A stretch of DNA of 64,000 bases from an uncultured Clostridia bacterium (lineage in GTDB: Bacteria; Bacillota; Clostridia; TANB77; CAG-508): NCBI GenBank assembly GCA_947581895.1, contig CANPWE010000001.1:7689-71688 (forward strand), written 5' to 3'. The notes beneath the pieces are model-generated. The model was not told the DNA's origin. It did no database searches and saw only the letters and a program-made list of their open reading frames with translations. Both the position numbers and the translations under genes were made by a program. Every line of letters begins with the position of its first letter. The stretch's first letter is position 1. Shown one piece after another: positions 22,001-36,302 of this stretch.

Positions 22001-25000
22001 AGGAATTAGGAGATGATTCAGAAGAATATAAAACTTTGGTTGTAAAATATCATGGAGACTTAACAATTAATGAAGGTGTAACTTTAACAGCCAAAAGTGT
22101 TGGTAATTTAACATATAAAAAAGGTATGTATTTGTGTGTTCTAGGAAATATTTACAATAATGGTATAATCACAATGAGTCAAAAAGGTACATATAACCAA
22201 GAAGGAGAAAACGTATATCTTTGGAAAAATATAGATAATTCTTATGAATTTGTTCCAGCAGAAGGTGGAGAAGGTGGATCTTCTATACAATTTAGTTGGA
22301 AATCAAAAAGTTCTAAAGATTACTCATCAGCTGGTAAATCAGGTGAACAAGGGGAGAACAGAGCTACTGGTGGTGGTGGTTCTGGTGGAATGCAAGCAAG
22401 ATTATATAATTATTCATCAGGAAATAGAACATCAGGTTCTGGTGCTAGAGGAACATCATATTCAGGAGGTTCTGGTGGAGGTGGAATTAATACTAACTTT
22501 AACGGAACCTATGCTGCTGGAAATGCTAGTGAAAATGGTGGAGCTGGTGGAAATGCATATGTATATAGAGGACAAACCAGTTGGGCATCAAGATATGCTG
22601 GTGGTGGAGCAGGAAACATAGGAGGAACTGGATACATAACTAATAAAGGAACTAAATATGGTACTGCTAATACAAATTATAATGGGCAAAATGGTACAGG
22701 TGGATTATTAATAATTCATGCAGATACTTTATATAATACAGGAACTATTTCTTCAAATGGCTCAAATGGTGGAACTGCAGGTGTTGGAGGTGGTTCATCA
22801 GGTGGAGGAAGTATTAATATATTTGCAAGAATTGTTAGTGAAAATGGAACACAAGATGCAAATGGAGGTATTGCTGTAGGTAGTATAAAAGGTGGACCAG
22901 GAGGAAATGGTTCTGTTACTGTAAATGAACTTGGTTCTGTTCTTAACTACAGTCAAAAGAATATTAAATTAAATGTTGAACAAACATATACAATAGATAA
23001 ATCAAAATTAACATATACAAAATTAAATGAAATACAAACAGAAGATTTAGTAATGGGAGATATAACATATGAAGTATTAGATGATAGTATTATATCAGTA
23101 GATAAGAATGGAGTAATAACAGGATTAAAAGTTGGAAAATCAAAAGTAAAAATAACTGATAATAAAAACAAATATTACACATATATAGTTGTAACAGTAA
23201 CAAAAGAAGGACAATCTATACCACAAATAAAAGAAGGTATAGACTATACAATAGCATTAAAAGCAAATGGAACAGTATGGTCATATGGAAATAATACTAA
23301 TGGACAATTAGGAAATAATAGTACTCAAAATTCAAATACACCAATACAAGTTTTAACAGAAAATTCAGAAAAAATGCAAGATATTGCAGAGATTGGAGTT
23401 GGAGATTCTAATTGTATTGCTGTAAATAGAAGTGGAGAAGTATATACATGGGGATTATATACTTATATAAATGAAGAAGGAAAGAAAGCTACAGAAAATA
23501 GGATAGTTGCTGTAAAGGAAGGATTAACTAAAATTAAAAAAGTAGATGCATATAAAAATAACTTTTATGCTATAGATGAAGAAGGAAAAGTATACATTTG
23601 GGGAGAAGGCTATAGTGAGCCAACTATAATTGATACAGATAATGTAATAGTAGATATTTCAGGAGATTTACTATTAGCAGAGGATGGAAGAGTATATACA
23701 ATTAATAATCCAAATGTACCTATAAAATTTTTAAACAATATATGTGAAATTTCAGCTGGAGAAGACCATTACCTATTTGTAACATTAGAAGGAAATGTGT
23801 ATAGTCTAGGAAAAGGAAATTTAGGTGCATTAGGAAATGGAACATATATAGAAAAAACTGTACCTACTTTAGTAAAAACAAGTGAAGGATTTTTAAATAA
23901 TGTTTCATCTATTTCAGCAGGAGTTCAAACTTCTATGGCAGTAACTTATGATGGAAAAGTATATGTATGGGGAGATAATACTAATAAAAAATTAGGAATA
24001 GAAGATGCTAATACAGCAATTGCAACAGAAATTAATACTATTCAAGATAAAGATGGAAATCCATTAAATATTGAAGAAATGGAAATAGTAGAAACTGGAA
24101 AAAATCATTCTAGTATTTCAGATAAAAATGGATTTGTATATAGTATAGGACTAAATAAAACTGGAGCACTAGGAACAGAAGATAATCAAAATAGAACTAT
24201 ATTTACTAGAATAGGAATTATAGATATTATAACAAAACCAGAGAATATAAATATTCCTGTAGGTAAAACAGAAGATTTTATAATCACACTTAGTAACTCA
24301 TTTAATTTAAAAAATGATGTAGCTATTAATGCAGATTTAGACATTAATAATACAAATATAAAGGGAATATCTATTGAAAAAATAAATGAACTTAACAATG
24401 ATGATGTAGCAGATTTAGACTATTTTAAACCAAATTATAGAATTACTGGAAAGAAAATTGGAAGGGTAAATGTAGTTGTAAAAAGTAATGAAGGGCATGA
24501 AAAGAATATATGGGTAAATGTCGTAGATAGTGAAAATGCTAAAGTTTCAGCTAAAGTGGTAAATGGATATAACTTTACAATAGCTTTACGTTCAGATGGA
24601 ACAGTATGGAGTTTTGGTACAAATGAAAAGGGACAATTAGGTTTATCTGATACATCAAATAGAAATAAACCAGTTCAGGTAAAAACACAAGAAAATATTA
24701 TAGATATAAGTAGTGGAAAATATCATACATTATTATTAGGTGAATCTGGAACAGTATATAGTTTTGGATTAAATAATAATGGTCAATTAGGAACAAAGAA
24801 TACAACAACATATAAGGCCCCAGTTAAAACTACAGTAACTGGAATAGTTAAAGTTGTTGCACATGAGAATACCTCTTTTGCTATAACAAAAGAAGGAAAG
24901 GTTTATGCTTGGGGTGCAGGATATAGTAAAACTCCTAGTTTATTAGGCTTGGATGAAAATGTTATAGATATAGATGGAGATTATTATTTAGCTGATGATG

Positions 25001-28000
25001 GAATAGTAAGAACAATAAAAGATAAAAAGGAAATACAATTATCTTTAAATGAATATTCAGAAGAACCAATAATTGAAAATGAAAAGATAGTACAAATTTC
25101 AGCAGGTGTAGATCATATATTAATGCTTAGTGAAAGTGGAAGAGTATATAGTTATGGTAAAAATACATATTGGCAATTAGGTGATGCAACAACAAATTCA
25201 AGAGAAGGATATATTTCAACTGTAGTTAGAACAAATGAAACTGGAAAACTTGAAAAAGTTATGGAAGTATCAGCAGGAGATAGATATAGTATAGTGGTAA
25301 CAGAAGATGGTATTGTATACACATTTGGAATTAATGGAACATATCAATTAGGATATGATAATATAGTTTCTGAAGAAGGAGATATAGAAAGTCAATATGC
25401 TATTATAAAAAGAGATATAAGTAAAATACAAAGAGTAAGTGCAGGATATACACATACAACAGCATTTGATATAGAAGGAAATATATATGCTTGGGGTCAA
25501 GGAACAGAAGGGCAATTAGGAAATGCAGAAAATGCAAACTATTATGAAGCAAAAATAGTAGGTAAAAACATTATAGAGTCAAACACAAATGAGTTACTAT
25601 TGCAAGAAGATGAAAGTTTTACACTTGAATCAAAAATAAGTTATTTTAATTTATTTGAAGATAAACAAAGTAATTTATCTTATAGAGCATTAGATCCAAG
25701 TATTGCATTAGTTAGACAAACAGGAGAAATATTAGCAATAAAAGAAGGAAGAACAACAATATTAATAGAAGACCAATCAACAGGAAAAATAGGAGTAGTA
25801 AGATTAAGAGTATTGGCAAGCAATACAAAACCAGATGGGGTGGATGTACTAGTAGAGCCACAGGTAAAAACAGGAGGATTACATACAGTAACATTAAAAG
25901 TAGATGGAACAGTATGGAGTTATGGACAAAATACATATGGACAACTAGGAGATGAAAGTACAACAAATAGTGATATTCCAGTTCAAGCTACATTCCCATC
26001 AGGAACAGTTATAACAAAAATAGCAGTAGGAGAATACCATACATTAGCATTAGATAGTCAAGGAAATGTATGGGCATGGGGAAGAAATGACTTCTATCAA
26101 TTAGGAAGTACTAAGCCAGCAAATTATGTATCAAAGCCAACTAAAGTAGCAAACTTGCCAAAGATAATAGATATAGAATGTGGTTCATACAATTCATTTG
26201 CTATAACAGAAGAAAATGAAGTATATAGTTGGGGATTAAATGCAGATGGAGAATGTGGAATAGGAAGTTATACAAATAGAACAACAGTAAATAAAGTAAA
26301 ATACATAACAGATGCAATAGATATAAGAGCAGGAAAAAATCACACAATAGTATTAAGAAGTACAGGAGAAGTATATGTTACAGGTTCAAATATGTATGGT
26401 GAGCTTGCTAAAAATTCTGGACAAATTAGAAAGCAAGAAATATTTACAAAAGTAGAAAACCTAAAGAATATAGTAGAAATAGGTTCAGGAGCATCAAATG
26501 GTATAGCAGTAAATACAAGTGGAAATGTATACACATGGGGAAGTAATGTATATGGAGAACTTGGACTAAATAGTAATGACATATTAAGATATGGAGTAAG
26601 TAAAGTAGATAAAATTGGAGATATTAGATATGTAGATGGTGGAAAAAATACATCAGTATTGGTAAATGGAGCAGGAGAGGTATATGTATCAGGATTAAAT
26701 AAATTGGGTGGATTAGGAAATAATTCAACAAATAATATACAAACATTCCAAAAGTTAGATCAATCTTTAATTAATAATGTAATAGATATATCATCAGGAG
26801 ATAATTATACAGTATTTTTAAAGACTGATGGAACTGTATGGGGAACAGGAGATTATAACCAAGGTGATGATACTATAAAGAGTCAAACAAAAGGAATGGT
26901 ACCAAAACAGGTGGGAAACAAAGAAACAGGATTTAATAATACAGAAATATTATTACATATAGGTGAAGAAAAAGATGTCTCTTCAGAAGTAGGATATCAA
27001 TTTAATTTAATAAAATTAGATAAAAACTTTACAGATGATTTGAATTATGAATCTTTAAAAGACGAAATAGCAACAGTTACAGATGAAGGAACAATTACAG
27101 GTATAAAAACTGGAACTACATGGGTAAAAGCATCAAATGAAACTAATACATATATTATAAAAGTAAATGTAGTTGAAGAAAAATACTCAGTATCACCAAA
27201 AGTAAAATCAGCAAATGATTTTGCTGTTGTATTAAAAGCAAATGGAAATATTTGGACATTTGGGTATAACAGCAATGGAGAACTTGCAGATGGTACAAAT
27301 ATAACAAAAGATATACCAATACAAACAAACATAATTGCAACATATAAAGATATAGCAGTAGGAGATAATTTTATAGTAGCTCTAAGAAATAATAATACAG
27401 TATGGACATCAGGTTCTAATACATATGGACAATTAGGTATAGGAAATACAGAGCCTACGAATAAACTAAGTCAAGTAAATGGTATATTTGATATAGTAAA
27501 AATAGCAGCTGGAAAAAACCACACAGTAGCACTTGATAAATATGGTACTGTGTATGGATTTGGTAAAAATGATAATGGACAATTAGGAAAAAATAATATA
27601 GGTGAAGTTACAAATACACCTGTACCAGTAATAGATCTGAATGAAAAGGTAGTAAATATATCAGCAGGTTCTGATGAAACAGTTTTAATAACATCAAATG
27701 GAAAAGTATATGGTATGGGAAATATTTTAGATGGATATTTAAGTGGAATAAATAATGCTGTAAAAGCTGAAGTAGGAAATGGATATATATTAATTTTAAC
27801 AAATGACAATAAAATATATAAATTTAAAGAAAATACTTTAACACAAATTGATAATGTAGAAAATGCAATAGATATAAGTGTTATGAACAATGTTAATATG
27901 TATCAATCTATAGATGAAGAAACATATACATGGGGAGAAAATACATATGGACAATTAGGAAACGGTCTAAATAATAACTTAGAAATACCAACACTAGTTA

Positions 28001-31000
28001 AAGAACATGGAACAAATACATATACAATAGGAGCAGGGTATAATAATACCTATATTATAGAAAATACTGGTTCAGTATATGCATCAGGATATAATGAATA
28101 TGGTGCATTAGGTAATAGTTTGAGAAAAGATAGTAATACACATATGTTAGTTGGAAATAGAAAATTTGAGATATTACCAGAAAAGAAAATAATGTTAGTA
28201 AATGATAAGGAAAAAGTAACAATAAAATCTGATACATTTAATGTATTTAAAAATGGAACAAAAACAGCAGAAGAATATACATGGGAAAGTGATAATGAAG
28301 GTATTGTGTCAGCTAAAGATGGAGAACTTACAGCACATAGTACAGGAACAGCAATAATAACAGTTACAGATAAAATAACAGGTGAAAATGTAAAAATTGA
28401 AAGATATGTTCAAGATATAGATAAACATAGAATTGACAAAATTACAGTAGATTCAGTAGAAGCAACACCAGCAGGATATAAAGAAGATGAAGAAGAAGTA
28501 ATGACTTATGAAGTTAAAATAGAAACTTCAGATGATAAAGGATTATTGGTTGTAAAAACAAAAGATACATCTGATTTAATAAGTTTAGATGAAGATGAGT
28601 GGACTACAGATGTAGGACATGGTTCATTAGCAAAGGAAGTTGAATTAAAAGAAAAGATAACAGAAATACCAGTTTATATAAAAATAACAAATGGAACCAC
28701 ATTAAAATATATTGTAAAAGTAGAGAAAATTTCAACTGATGTTGGAATAAAAGAAATAAAACTAACAGTTGGAGATGATGTTTTAGATGAGTCAACAACT
28801 ATAAATGCAACACCAGTTAGTCTAACAAGATATGAAGCAATATTACCAGAAGACCAAGATGTTACACTTGCAGATGTTATAGCTAATAGTGAATATGCTT
28901 ATGTAAGTATAGATGGAAAAGAATACACACAAAAAGAGCAAACTAAAAATATAGCACTTGCCTCATCACAATCAAAAGAAGTAAAAATAATAATAAAATC
29001 TGAAAGTGGAATCGAACAAGAGTATACACTAGTAATTTATAAAGAATCTGAAAGTGCACAACTAGAGATAGTAACAGTAAACAATATTAAAGCAACTAAA
29101 GTTAGTGAAGGTAAGTATAGTGTAACAGTTGATAGTGATGTATCTATAGGTACAGTATATGTAAAAGCAAAAACAAATTTAGCACAGGTATCTATAGAAA
29201 ATAACAAATTTAGTGCATCAGAGAACACACAATCAGTACAAATAAACAATAATCCTCAAGAGGTTAGTATTCACTTAAAGTTACCAAATGATGAAATAGT
29301 AGAATATACATTAGAAATACATCAAAAAACCGAAAATTTACTAGATATGGTAATTGTAAACTCAACTGTAATAACACCAAATAAAGAAGGTATATATGAA
29401 GCATATGTACCATCAGCAGAAACATCAGCTATAATAAGGGCAATTGCAAAAGAGGTAACAAGTGAGGTTCAAATAGAAACTAATACTCCAGGAAAAGGTG
29501 AATCTGAAGCAAAAGTAGAAGTATCAAATGACAAAAACACTTATAAAATAAAGGTAACACCTGAAGAAGGTGAAACAAAGGAATATACTGTAGTAATCAA
29601 AAAAGCTGAATCAGATACTTCATTAAAATCATTGTATGTACAAAAACAAGAATTTACAAAATATGCAGAAAAAGTAAATGAAACAACATATGAAGTTAAA
29701 GTTCCAAGAACATATACTGATTTTGATGTAACAGCAATTACAGGGTATGTAAATGCACAAGTATCAATTGGAGAAATAGATGTGTACACAAAAAATCGTT
29801 CTACGAAAAATATAGAATTAAGTACAGAATCTGATACTACAGAAGTAACAATTAAGGTAAAATCAGAGAATGGAGAGAATGTAACAGAATATACATTGAG
29901 AATTGTAAAAATGTCTAATGAAACAGGATTACAAAGTGTAAGGGTAAATGACATTGATGCTACATATGATAAAGAAACAGGAGAATACACAGTATACCTA
30001 CAAGAAGCGGTAACTGAATGTAATGTAGAAGCGGTAACAGTTTCAGAAAGTGCACATGTTAAAATTAATACAGAAGATTATGAAGAACATGAAACAACTA
30101 GAAATGTAACAATAGATTCAAAACGAACAAAAGCAACTATAACAGTAAAAGCAGAAGATGGAACAATAAAATCATATGTACTTAATATCCAAGGCCTACC
30201 AGATGATATAACTATTAAGCAAGTATTGGTTAATGATATAGAAGCAACATACATTGAAGGAGAATATCGCTATGAGATTAGAGATAGTAGTGATAGTTAT
30301 AAAATAGATGTAACATTAAATGATGAACTAGCAACATTAGTATTAGGAGATAATCCATCAGCTACTGGATTTGATACTATAAATGTATCAAAAGAAGAAG
30401 GGCAAACAATAGTACAAGTAACAGTTACATCTCAAAATAAATTGGAAACTCAAACATATACAATAGTAATAATGGAAAAATCAAATAATACAGAATTAGA
30501 CACAATAAAAGTAAATGATGAAATAATTGAACCAGATTTAGATGGTGTATATAGAGTAGGGGTAAAAAATAGTGTTACACAAATAAATGTAGAAGCAATA
30601 GCAGAAGATACTATGTCAATAACACAAATTAATGATAAAGAAAACAATAGTTATATTGCTACACTTGAAGAGACAATTGTTAATGATAAAGTAGTTTATA
30701 AATATAAAATTGTTGTTACAGCAGAAAATGGTTCAAGTAAAGAATATGAATTAGAAGTTACACATCTTGAAGCAAATTTAGAAATTACAAGTGTACAAGT
30801 AGGAAAAGATATAGAAAGCTTTGAAAAAGCAACCTATAATGAAGAAGATGGAAAATACTATTATAAAATAGACAATGTAGATAATGCTTATGTAAAGGTT
30901 GAACTTGATTCTGAAAAATCAAATTTAACAATTGATGAAAGCTCAGATAACCCTAAACTAGTAAAACTAGAAGGTGAAAAAACTACAGTAAAAATATTAG

Positions 31001-34000
31001 TAACAGCAGAAGATGGTACAATAAAAACAGTAGAACTAATAATTCAAAAGAAATCTACAGATGTATCAATAAAAGAAGTTAAAGGTGAAGGCATATTAAG
31101 TAAGGAAATCAATGATGAAGTAATAGATATTTTTGTAAATGAAGATTTAACAGAAACAGATTTAGAGGTAATATTGAATTGTGAATATGCAAGTATTAAA
31201 TTACAAGAAGATGATGATACTGAATATAAAAAACATAAGATGTCTATAAAAATTGATTTAACAGAAATAACATCTTCTGATGGAAAAACAATATATGTTG
31301 ATGTATTAGCAGAAGATGGTATAACACACAAAGAATATATTATCAATATATATAAAGAGCCAGATTTAAGTTTACTTAGTGTTACAGTAAATGATATTGA
31401 AGTACAATATGATGAAATAGAAGAAATATATGAAGCATTAGTAGCACATGGTAATAAACCAAACATAGTTATAAAAACCAATAATGATAAACAAACAATA
31501 CAATTATTCACATCAGATGAAAAATCATTAGGCTCAGCAAAAGGAACATTAACAATTTCATCTGTAAACCTATCAACAACAGAGTTACTAGATGAATTTA
31601 AAATTGTAATAACTTCTCATAATGGTGAAGCATATGGAAATCAAGAATATGTTTTGAATATTAGGCAAAAATCTACAGAAACAGGAATAGTCTATATAAA
31701 AGTAGATGGTTATGGTACATCTTTAGTAGATAACACATATTCAGCAGCTGTAGCAGGAAAAGACAGTTATCCTGTAGAAATAAAATTAAAAGATGATAAA
31801 GCAAAAGTAAGAGTAACTAATTTAGATGACACAGTTGTAATTAGTGAACAAACAGGATTATTAAAAGGAAATATAACATTAAAAGATGGAGAAACTAAAC
31901 AATTTAAAGTAATTGTAACATCTGAAAATGGTGATGAAGAAACATATTATTTAGATATAGAAAGAGTAAGTAGTAATACTGATATAGAGAGTATTACAGT
32001 TACAGATTTAAACCCTGAATATGATTCAGATTCTGAAACAGATGAAGATCCAAGTACACAAGAAAAAACAATAAAGAAATTAGTTGTAGTTTATGATGAG
32101 CAAGCTAAAACATACAGAGTACAAATAGATAATTCTTTAAATGAAACAGAAATAACCATAAAGGCAAAATCAAGTTTAACACAAATTACTGTAGAAGGTA
32201 TTACATCAGAAGGAGAAATAAATGTAACAAAAGAATTAGGAAATGAGAGCTGTACAAGAATACCTATAGAATTAATAGCAGCAGATCGTACAAAAGAAAC
32301 CAGATACTTAGAGATAATTAGATTAACAAGTGAAATACAAATTCAAGAGTTAAAAGTAGATGATAATATAGTTGAACCAGATGAAAGTGGAAATTACGAA
32401 TATACTGTAAGTGATGAAAAAGATTTAGCAAATGTAAATGTAATATTAAAAGATAATAAATCAATGGTATCAATTAATTCAAATGAAGCAAAAGTTGCGG
32501 AAAACACAGCAGATATAGCAAAAGGAAATAATAGGAAGTTAGTTATACCAATAGTTGTAACATCAGAAAGTGGAGTATCACATACATATTATTTAACATT
32601 AAATATAATTTCTCATGATACTAGTGTAAGACAAGTATTAGTTGAAGATAAAGAAGCGAAATACATAGAAGAAGAATATATAGCCTATTTTGATAGAGAA
32701 GCACAATCAGTAAAAATTAAAGTACAAGCAGGAGTACCATATTCAAAAGTAAAACATATAAATGATGATGGTACTGAAAGTGAAAATATAGAATATTTAG
32801 AGTTTACACTAGATACAAGTGATTTATCATTAAATGAATTTGAAACAACATTTACAATAATTGCAGAAGACGAATCTATACAAGAATATAAAGTAAAATG
32901 TATAAGAAATTCAAATGATTGTTCAATAGAACAAGTATATGGAAATAATATATTACTTGAAAAAAACGTTGAAGATGGAAAATACCCAGGAAATTATTAT
33001 TTCACAGTTTCAGCAAATACTGCAAAGGTTAAAGTAATTACAAATAATGAATTTGCAGAAGTAAGTTTCAATGGAAATAGTGGAATACATGAATTAGAGC
33101 AAATTATAACACTAAGTACAACAGAAAAAATAACGGAAGTTCCAGTAACAATAAAATCACAACAAGGAGATGTTTATACAACAAAAATTTACATTGAAAA
33201 ACTATCAACAAATAACAACTTATTAAAAGTAGATGTAAATTATACAGAAGCAACAAAAGAAGAAGATAAGTTTGTTGGATATATATATGATACCGCAGAT
33301 TCTGCATATGTTCAAATACAAGCAGAAAGCGAAGATGCAATTATATATAGAACAGATGAATATGGAAATAAATATGTAAGTTTAGAAGGTGAACCATCAG
33401 AAGGAAAACATGAATTATCATTTGATGTAAAAACACCAACTGATTCAACAATTGTATATTTTAAAATTGTTTCTGAAAGTGGAACAGAATCAATGGTGTA
33501 TATATTAGAGATAAATAAAATGAGTACAGATGCAACATTATCAGAAGTATATGTAAATGGAAATTTAATACCACCAGATGAAGATGGAAATTATCATACA
33601 ACATTATTAGACACATTTGCAGAACCTGAAATAAGAGCTATAACAACACATGCACTTGCACATGTAAGAATTGGACTTGGAACAGAACAATTGCATGAAG
33701 CAACAGAAACTGAACAATTAACAGTTGCAAAACAAACAGTAATTCCTATATTAGTAAGATCACAATCTGGTTTTACAAAAAGAGTATATTTATATATAGA
33801 CAAAATTTCAACATCAGTTAATTTAAGTAGTGTAACTTTAGATGATAGAGAAGCAGATTTCTATGATGAAAATACTCATACATATAGATTTTTAGTTGAT
33901 AATTCAACAGAAGAATATGAATTAGCAGTTATTGCAGAAAACAGTTATACTACACTAGAATATGATGGAGAAACATATGAAGATGGATCTTTTATAGATT

Positions 34001-35868
34001 TAATAAAATTACCTTTATCATCAGATGGAACAACATTAACTGTATTAGCAAAAGCAGAATCTGGAAATGAAGTAACATATACTATAAAAATTATACGTAC
34101 ATCAGATGATACAGATTTGGAATATTTAAAAGTAAATGATATAGAAAGAGAACCAGATGAACAAGGTAAAGAAACATATACGGTAATGATTCCTAAAAAA
34201 GCAACACAGGCAACAATAGAGGTACAAACAGTATTTGACTATGCAACAGTTAGAATAGGTGACAATATAACAGTAGATCAACATGATAAAGTAGCTATAC
34301 AATGTGATTTGGACAAAGATAGATTAGATATACCAATTCTTGTAACTGCAGGAAATGGAATAGATACAAGAACATACCATGTAATTTTAGTAAGAGGTTT
34401 AGATAATACAGAAATAGAATTACAAGTAAATAACAATGTAATAGATAAAGATGAAGATGGAAATTACTTTACTAAAGTTCCAGAAAATGCAGAAAGAATA
34501 ATAGTAAAGGCAACAGCATTAGAAAAAGGAGTGTTTGGAGGATATGCAAAAATAGATTTAAATGCAACAGGAGAATATAAATCACCTACAAAAGAGATAG
34601 AATTAAATATGGATGAACTTAGAGAAAAAGGTATGATACAGATTCTAGTTCAGGTTATAAGTGAAGATGGAACCGAAAGAGATAGCATATTAACGATTAC
34701 ATTGCAAAAAGGAACATATATAGTAGGAAAAATTTTAACAGAAAACGTACATAATAGACATATTTCAAATATAACTGTATATAAAACAAGTGATACTAGA
34801 AAAATAGGAGATGCTAAAAATCCAAGGAAAGAAATTGCTAAAGTTCAAACAAATGAAGATGGAACATTTAGGGCATTAATCTATATGACAGATCCAAATA
34901 ATTTAACAGATAAAGATAATAATGGAATAGCAGATGAATTGGATGAAAAATATGATGTAGTAGTTACAAAAGCAGGATATTTAAGCTATACAGTAACAAA
35001 TATAGAGATAGAGGAAGAACAGGAAACTTCTATAGGAGAGGAAAATTTAATAGCAGGGGATGTTATTGAAACTGGAGAAATTGAAATAGATGATTTAGTA
35101 GCTATTAATAACAATTTTGAAGTAGACATAACAGAAGATAATGAAATCTGTGATTTAAATGAAGATAGTGTAATAGATTTAACAGATAGAAATATTTTGG
35201 TAGGAAATTATGGTAAATTGGCTGAGGTAGTAAAATGGGTTAATCCTAATGCTCCAGAACCAGAGCCAGAACTTGAAGTTGAACAAGAATCTAAGGTAGA
35301 GGCAGGGGCAGAGTCTCAGAAAAATTTACAGAGAAAGGCATATGCAGAGACAAATATTAATACTCAAGCAATAACAAACAAGCAGTCAACAGTAACTAAC
35401 TATACAGAAACAACAAATCAAGTACAAACACAAGAAAATAAACTAATACTACCATTATCATGTAATTACAAAATAACATCAAATTATGGCTATAGAACAA
35501 GCTCAATAACAGGAAAAGGTGAAAAACATTGTGGTATAGACCTATGTGGAGATTGGCATACAGAGATACATTCAATAGCAGATGGAGAAGTAACATGGGC
35601 AGGAGTAAAAAATAGCTATGGAAATTGTGTAGAAATTAAACATGTTGTTAATGGGGAAACAATATATAGTTTCTATGCACACTTATCAAGAATTGATGTA
35701 CAAGCAGGTCAAAAGGTTAAACAGGGGGATGTGATAGCATTAGAAGGAGGACAGCCTAATGTAGATCCTAATACTGGGGATACCACAGGACATCATTTAC
35801 ATTTTGAAATAAGAAAAAAGAGTGGTTATGGTAATGATATGGATCCAAATTTATATTTTAAGTTCTAG
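19038..35868 (+). CDS. giant protein 2 (5,609 codons if joined by one +1 shift at 19257-19260): signal-anchor, 2x glycine-rich head, 5x RCC1/Big_2, cadherin-like array, dockerin, M23
   Basis: ATG 19038 has a GAGGTGA SD (19024-19030) and encodes MKLSKKYIKTIKRNNLIILVVITTAMLTLAML. This 74-codon frame ends at TGA 19260-19262. The +1 frame is open from 19225 to TAG 35868. From 19276 it encodes sequence conserved with giant 3 (CSSIVQGIRDINLDDGDYILRVTGN...), although the first possible start codon in that frame is TTG 19456, which has no SD. Total length 16,831 nt = 3n+1. Confidence 0.75.
19257..19262 (+). other. +1 frame junction at in-frame CGG (ACT CGG TGA)
   Basis: CGG at 19257-19259 is in the leader frame and is followed directly by TGA. 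Reading GGT GAT ACT GTA... from 19258 continues into the giant ORF. No homopolymer at the site. Confidence 0.7.
19483..20380 (+). other. glycine-rich head module 1 of giant 2 (beta-solenoid-like; possibly Gly_rich family)
   Basis: LVVKYYGNLIIDEGVTLTA...KKGMYICVLGDIKNKGTITMTARGTYNQQGENVYLW. Then ATGGGGSGA, GAGSAGTSYSGGTGGGG, GGAGGNSY and GGGAGNTGG tracts. Then NGTGGLLIIYANDLYNGGLITSNGSNGG...GGGSSGGGSINVFA...GGDGDVTL. Confidence 0.5.
20660..28170 (+). repeat. five RCC1 blade arrays with Big_2-like spacers (giant 2)
   Basis: GxNxxGQLG / G.VY.WG blades in blocks at about 20660-21600, 23210-24215, 24538-25570, 25846-26925 and 27184-28170. Head module 2 is nested between blocks 1 and 2. Confidence 0.8.
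22027..22935 (+). other. glycine-rich head module 2 of giant 2 (internal duplicate)
   Basis: Same order of motifs as 19483-20380: YKTLVVKYHGDLTINEGVTLTA ... ATGGGGSGG ... GTSYSGGSGGGG ... NGTGGLLIIHADTLYNTGTISSNGSNGG ... GGSSGGGSINIFA ... GGNGSVTV. It is preceded by the same IVQGFRDINLEDGDY unit as the first copy. Confidence 0.5.
28426..34710 (+). repeat. cadherin-like beta-sandwich repeat array (giant 2)
   Basis: Same ~85-aa unit pattern as in giant 1 (...V(N/D)(D/G)..A....(D/E)G.Y ... VKAEDGT.K.Y.L.I...), about 6.3 kb long. Confidence 0.75.
35053..35217 (+). other. dockerin-like module of giant 2
   Basis: AGDVIETGEIEIDDLVAINNNF ... CDLNEDSVIDLTDRNILVGNYGK, preceded by a CarboxypepD_reg-like segment (YIVGKILTENVHNRH...NEDGTFRALIY...YDVVVTKAGYLSY). 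Confidence 0.6.
35440..35865 (+). other. C-terminal M23 metallopeptidase domain of giant 2
   Basis: EKHCGIDL, YAHLSRIDVQAGQKVKQGDVIALEG, TGHHLHFEIR. By eye roughly 94% nucleotide identity to 18478-18903. Confidence 0.88.
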
Positions 35869-35887
35869 AAAATATTTATAAAATTTA

Positions 35888-35918
35888 ATGGGTACAAGGC
35901 TATATATCTTGTACTCAT
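35888..35918 (+). terminator. hairpin after giant 2 (weak terminator candidate)
   Basis: 11-bp stem ATGGGTACAAG / CTTGTACTCAT (35888-35898 / 35908-35918, one G-U), 9-nt loop. It is followed by an A-run and then TTT rather than a clean T-run. Confidence 0.4.
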
Positions 35919-36302
35919 TAAAAAAATTTAGGTAAAAAATAACATTAGAAAAACATAACAGTTTTACTATATAGAAATGGAAAAATCTTTAAGAGAAAGA
36001 ATCGATATTTAAGCTAGGGAAATAAGGGATTCATAGAATTTTTAGAAAAAATTAACAAATATTTTAAATAATGAAATACTGTAAATAATATTGTTTGTGA
36101 GCTTCATAAATTTTACAAGTTAATTAAAAATTTGAAGTAAATAATTAAAATGTAAAAATTAGCATTTGGCAATAAATCCGTAAGGAAAAAGCTATATCTG
36201 TAACACAAATTTAAAGGGAAAAATGTTGACGAAAATTAAAAATTAAATAAAAATAATTATAGTAATAATTTAATTTTGAGTGAGAGGGATGAGGAAAGTT
36301 AA

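Noticed and set aside
22244-22621. + strand 125-aa ORF overlapping the glycine-rich module of giant 2. The 61-aa ORF 43567-43752 over the poly-Asn tract is the same kind of case.
   Set aside because: These are alternative-frame readings of repetitive GGN or AAT/AAC codon runs inside well-supported genes. They have no SD and no independent conservation signal.
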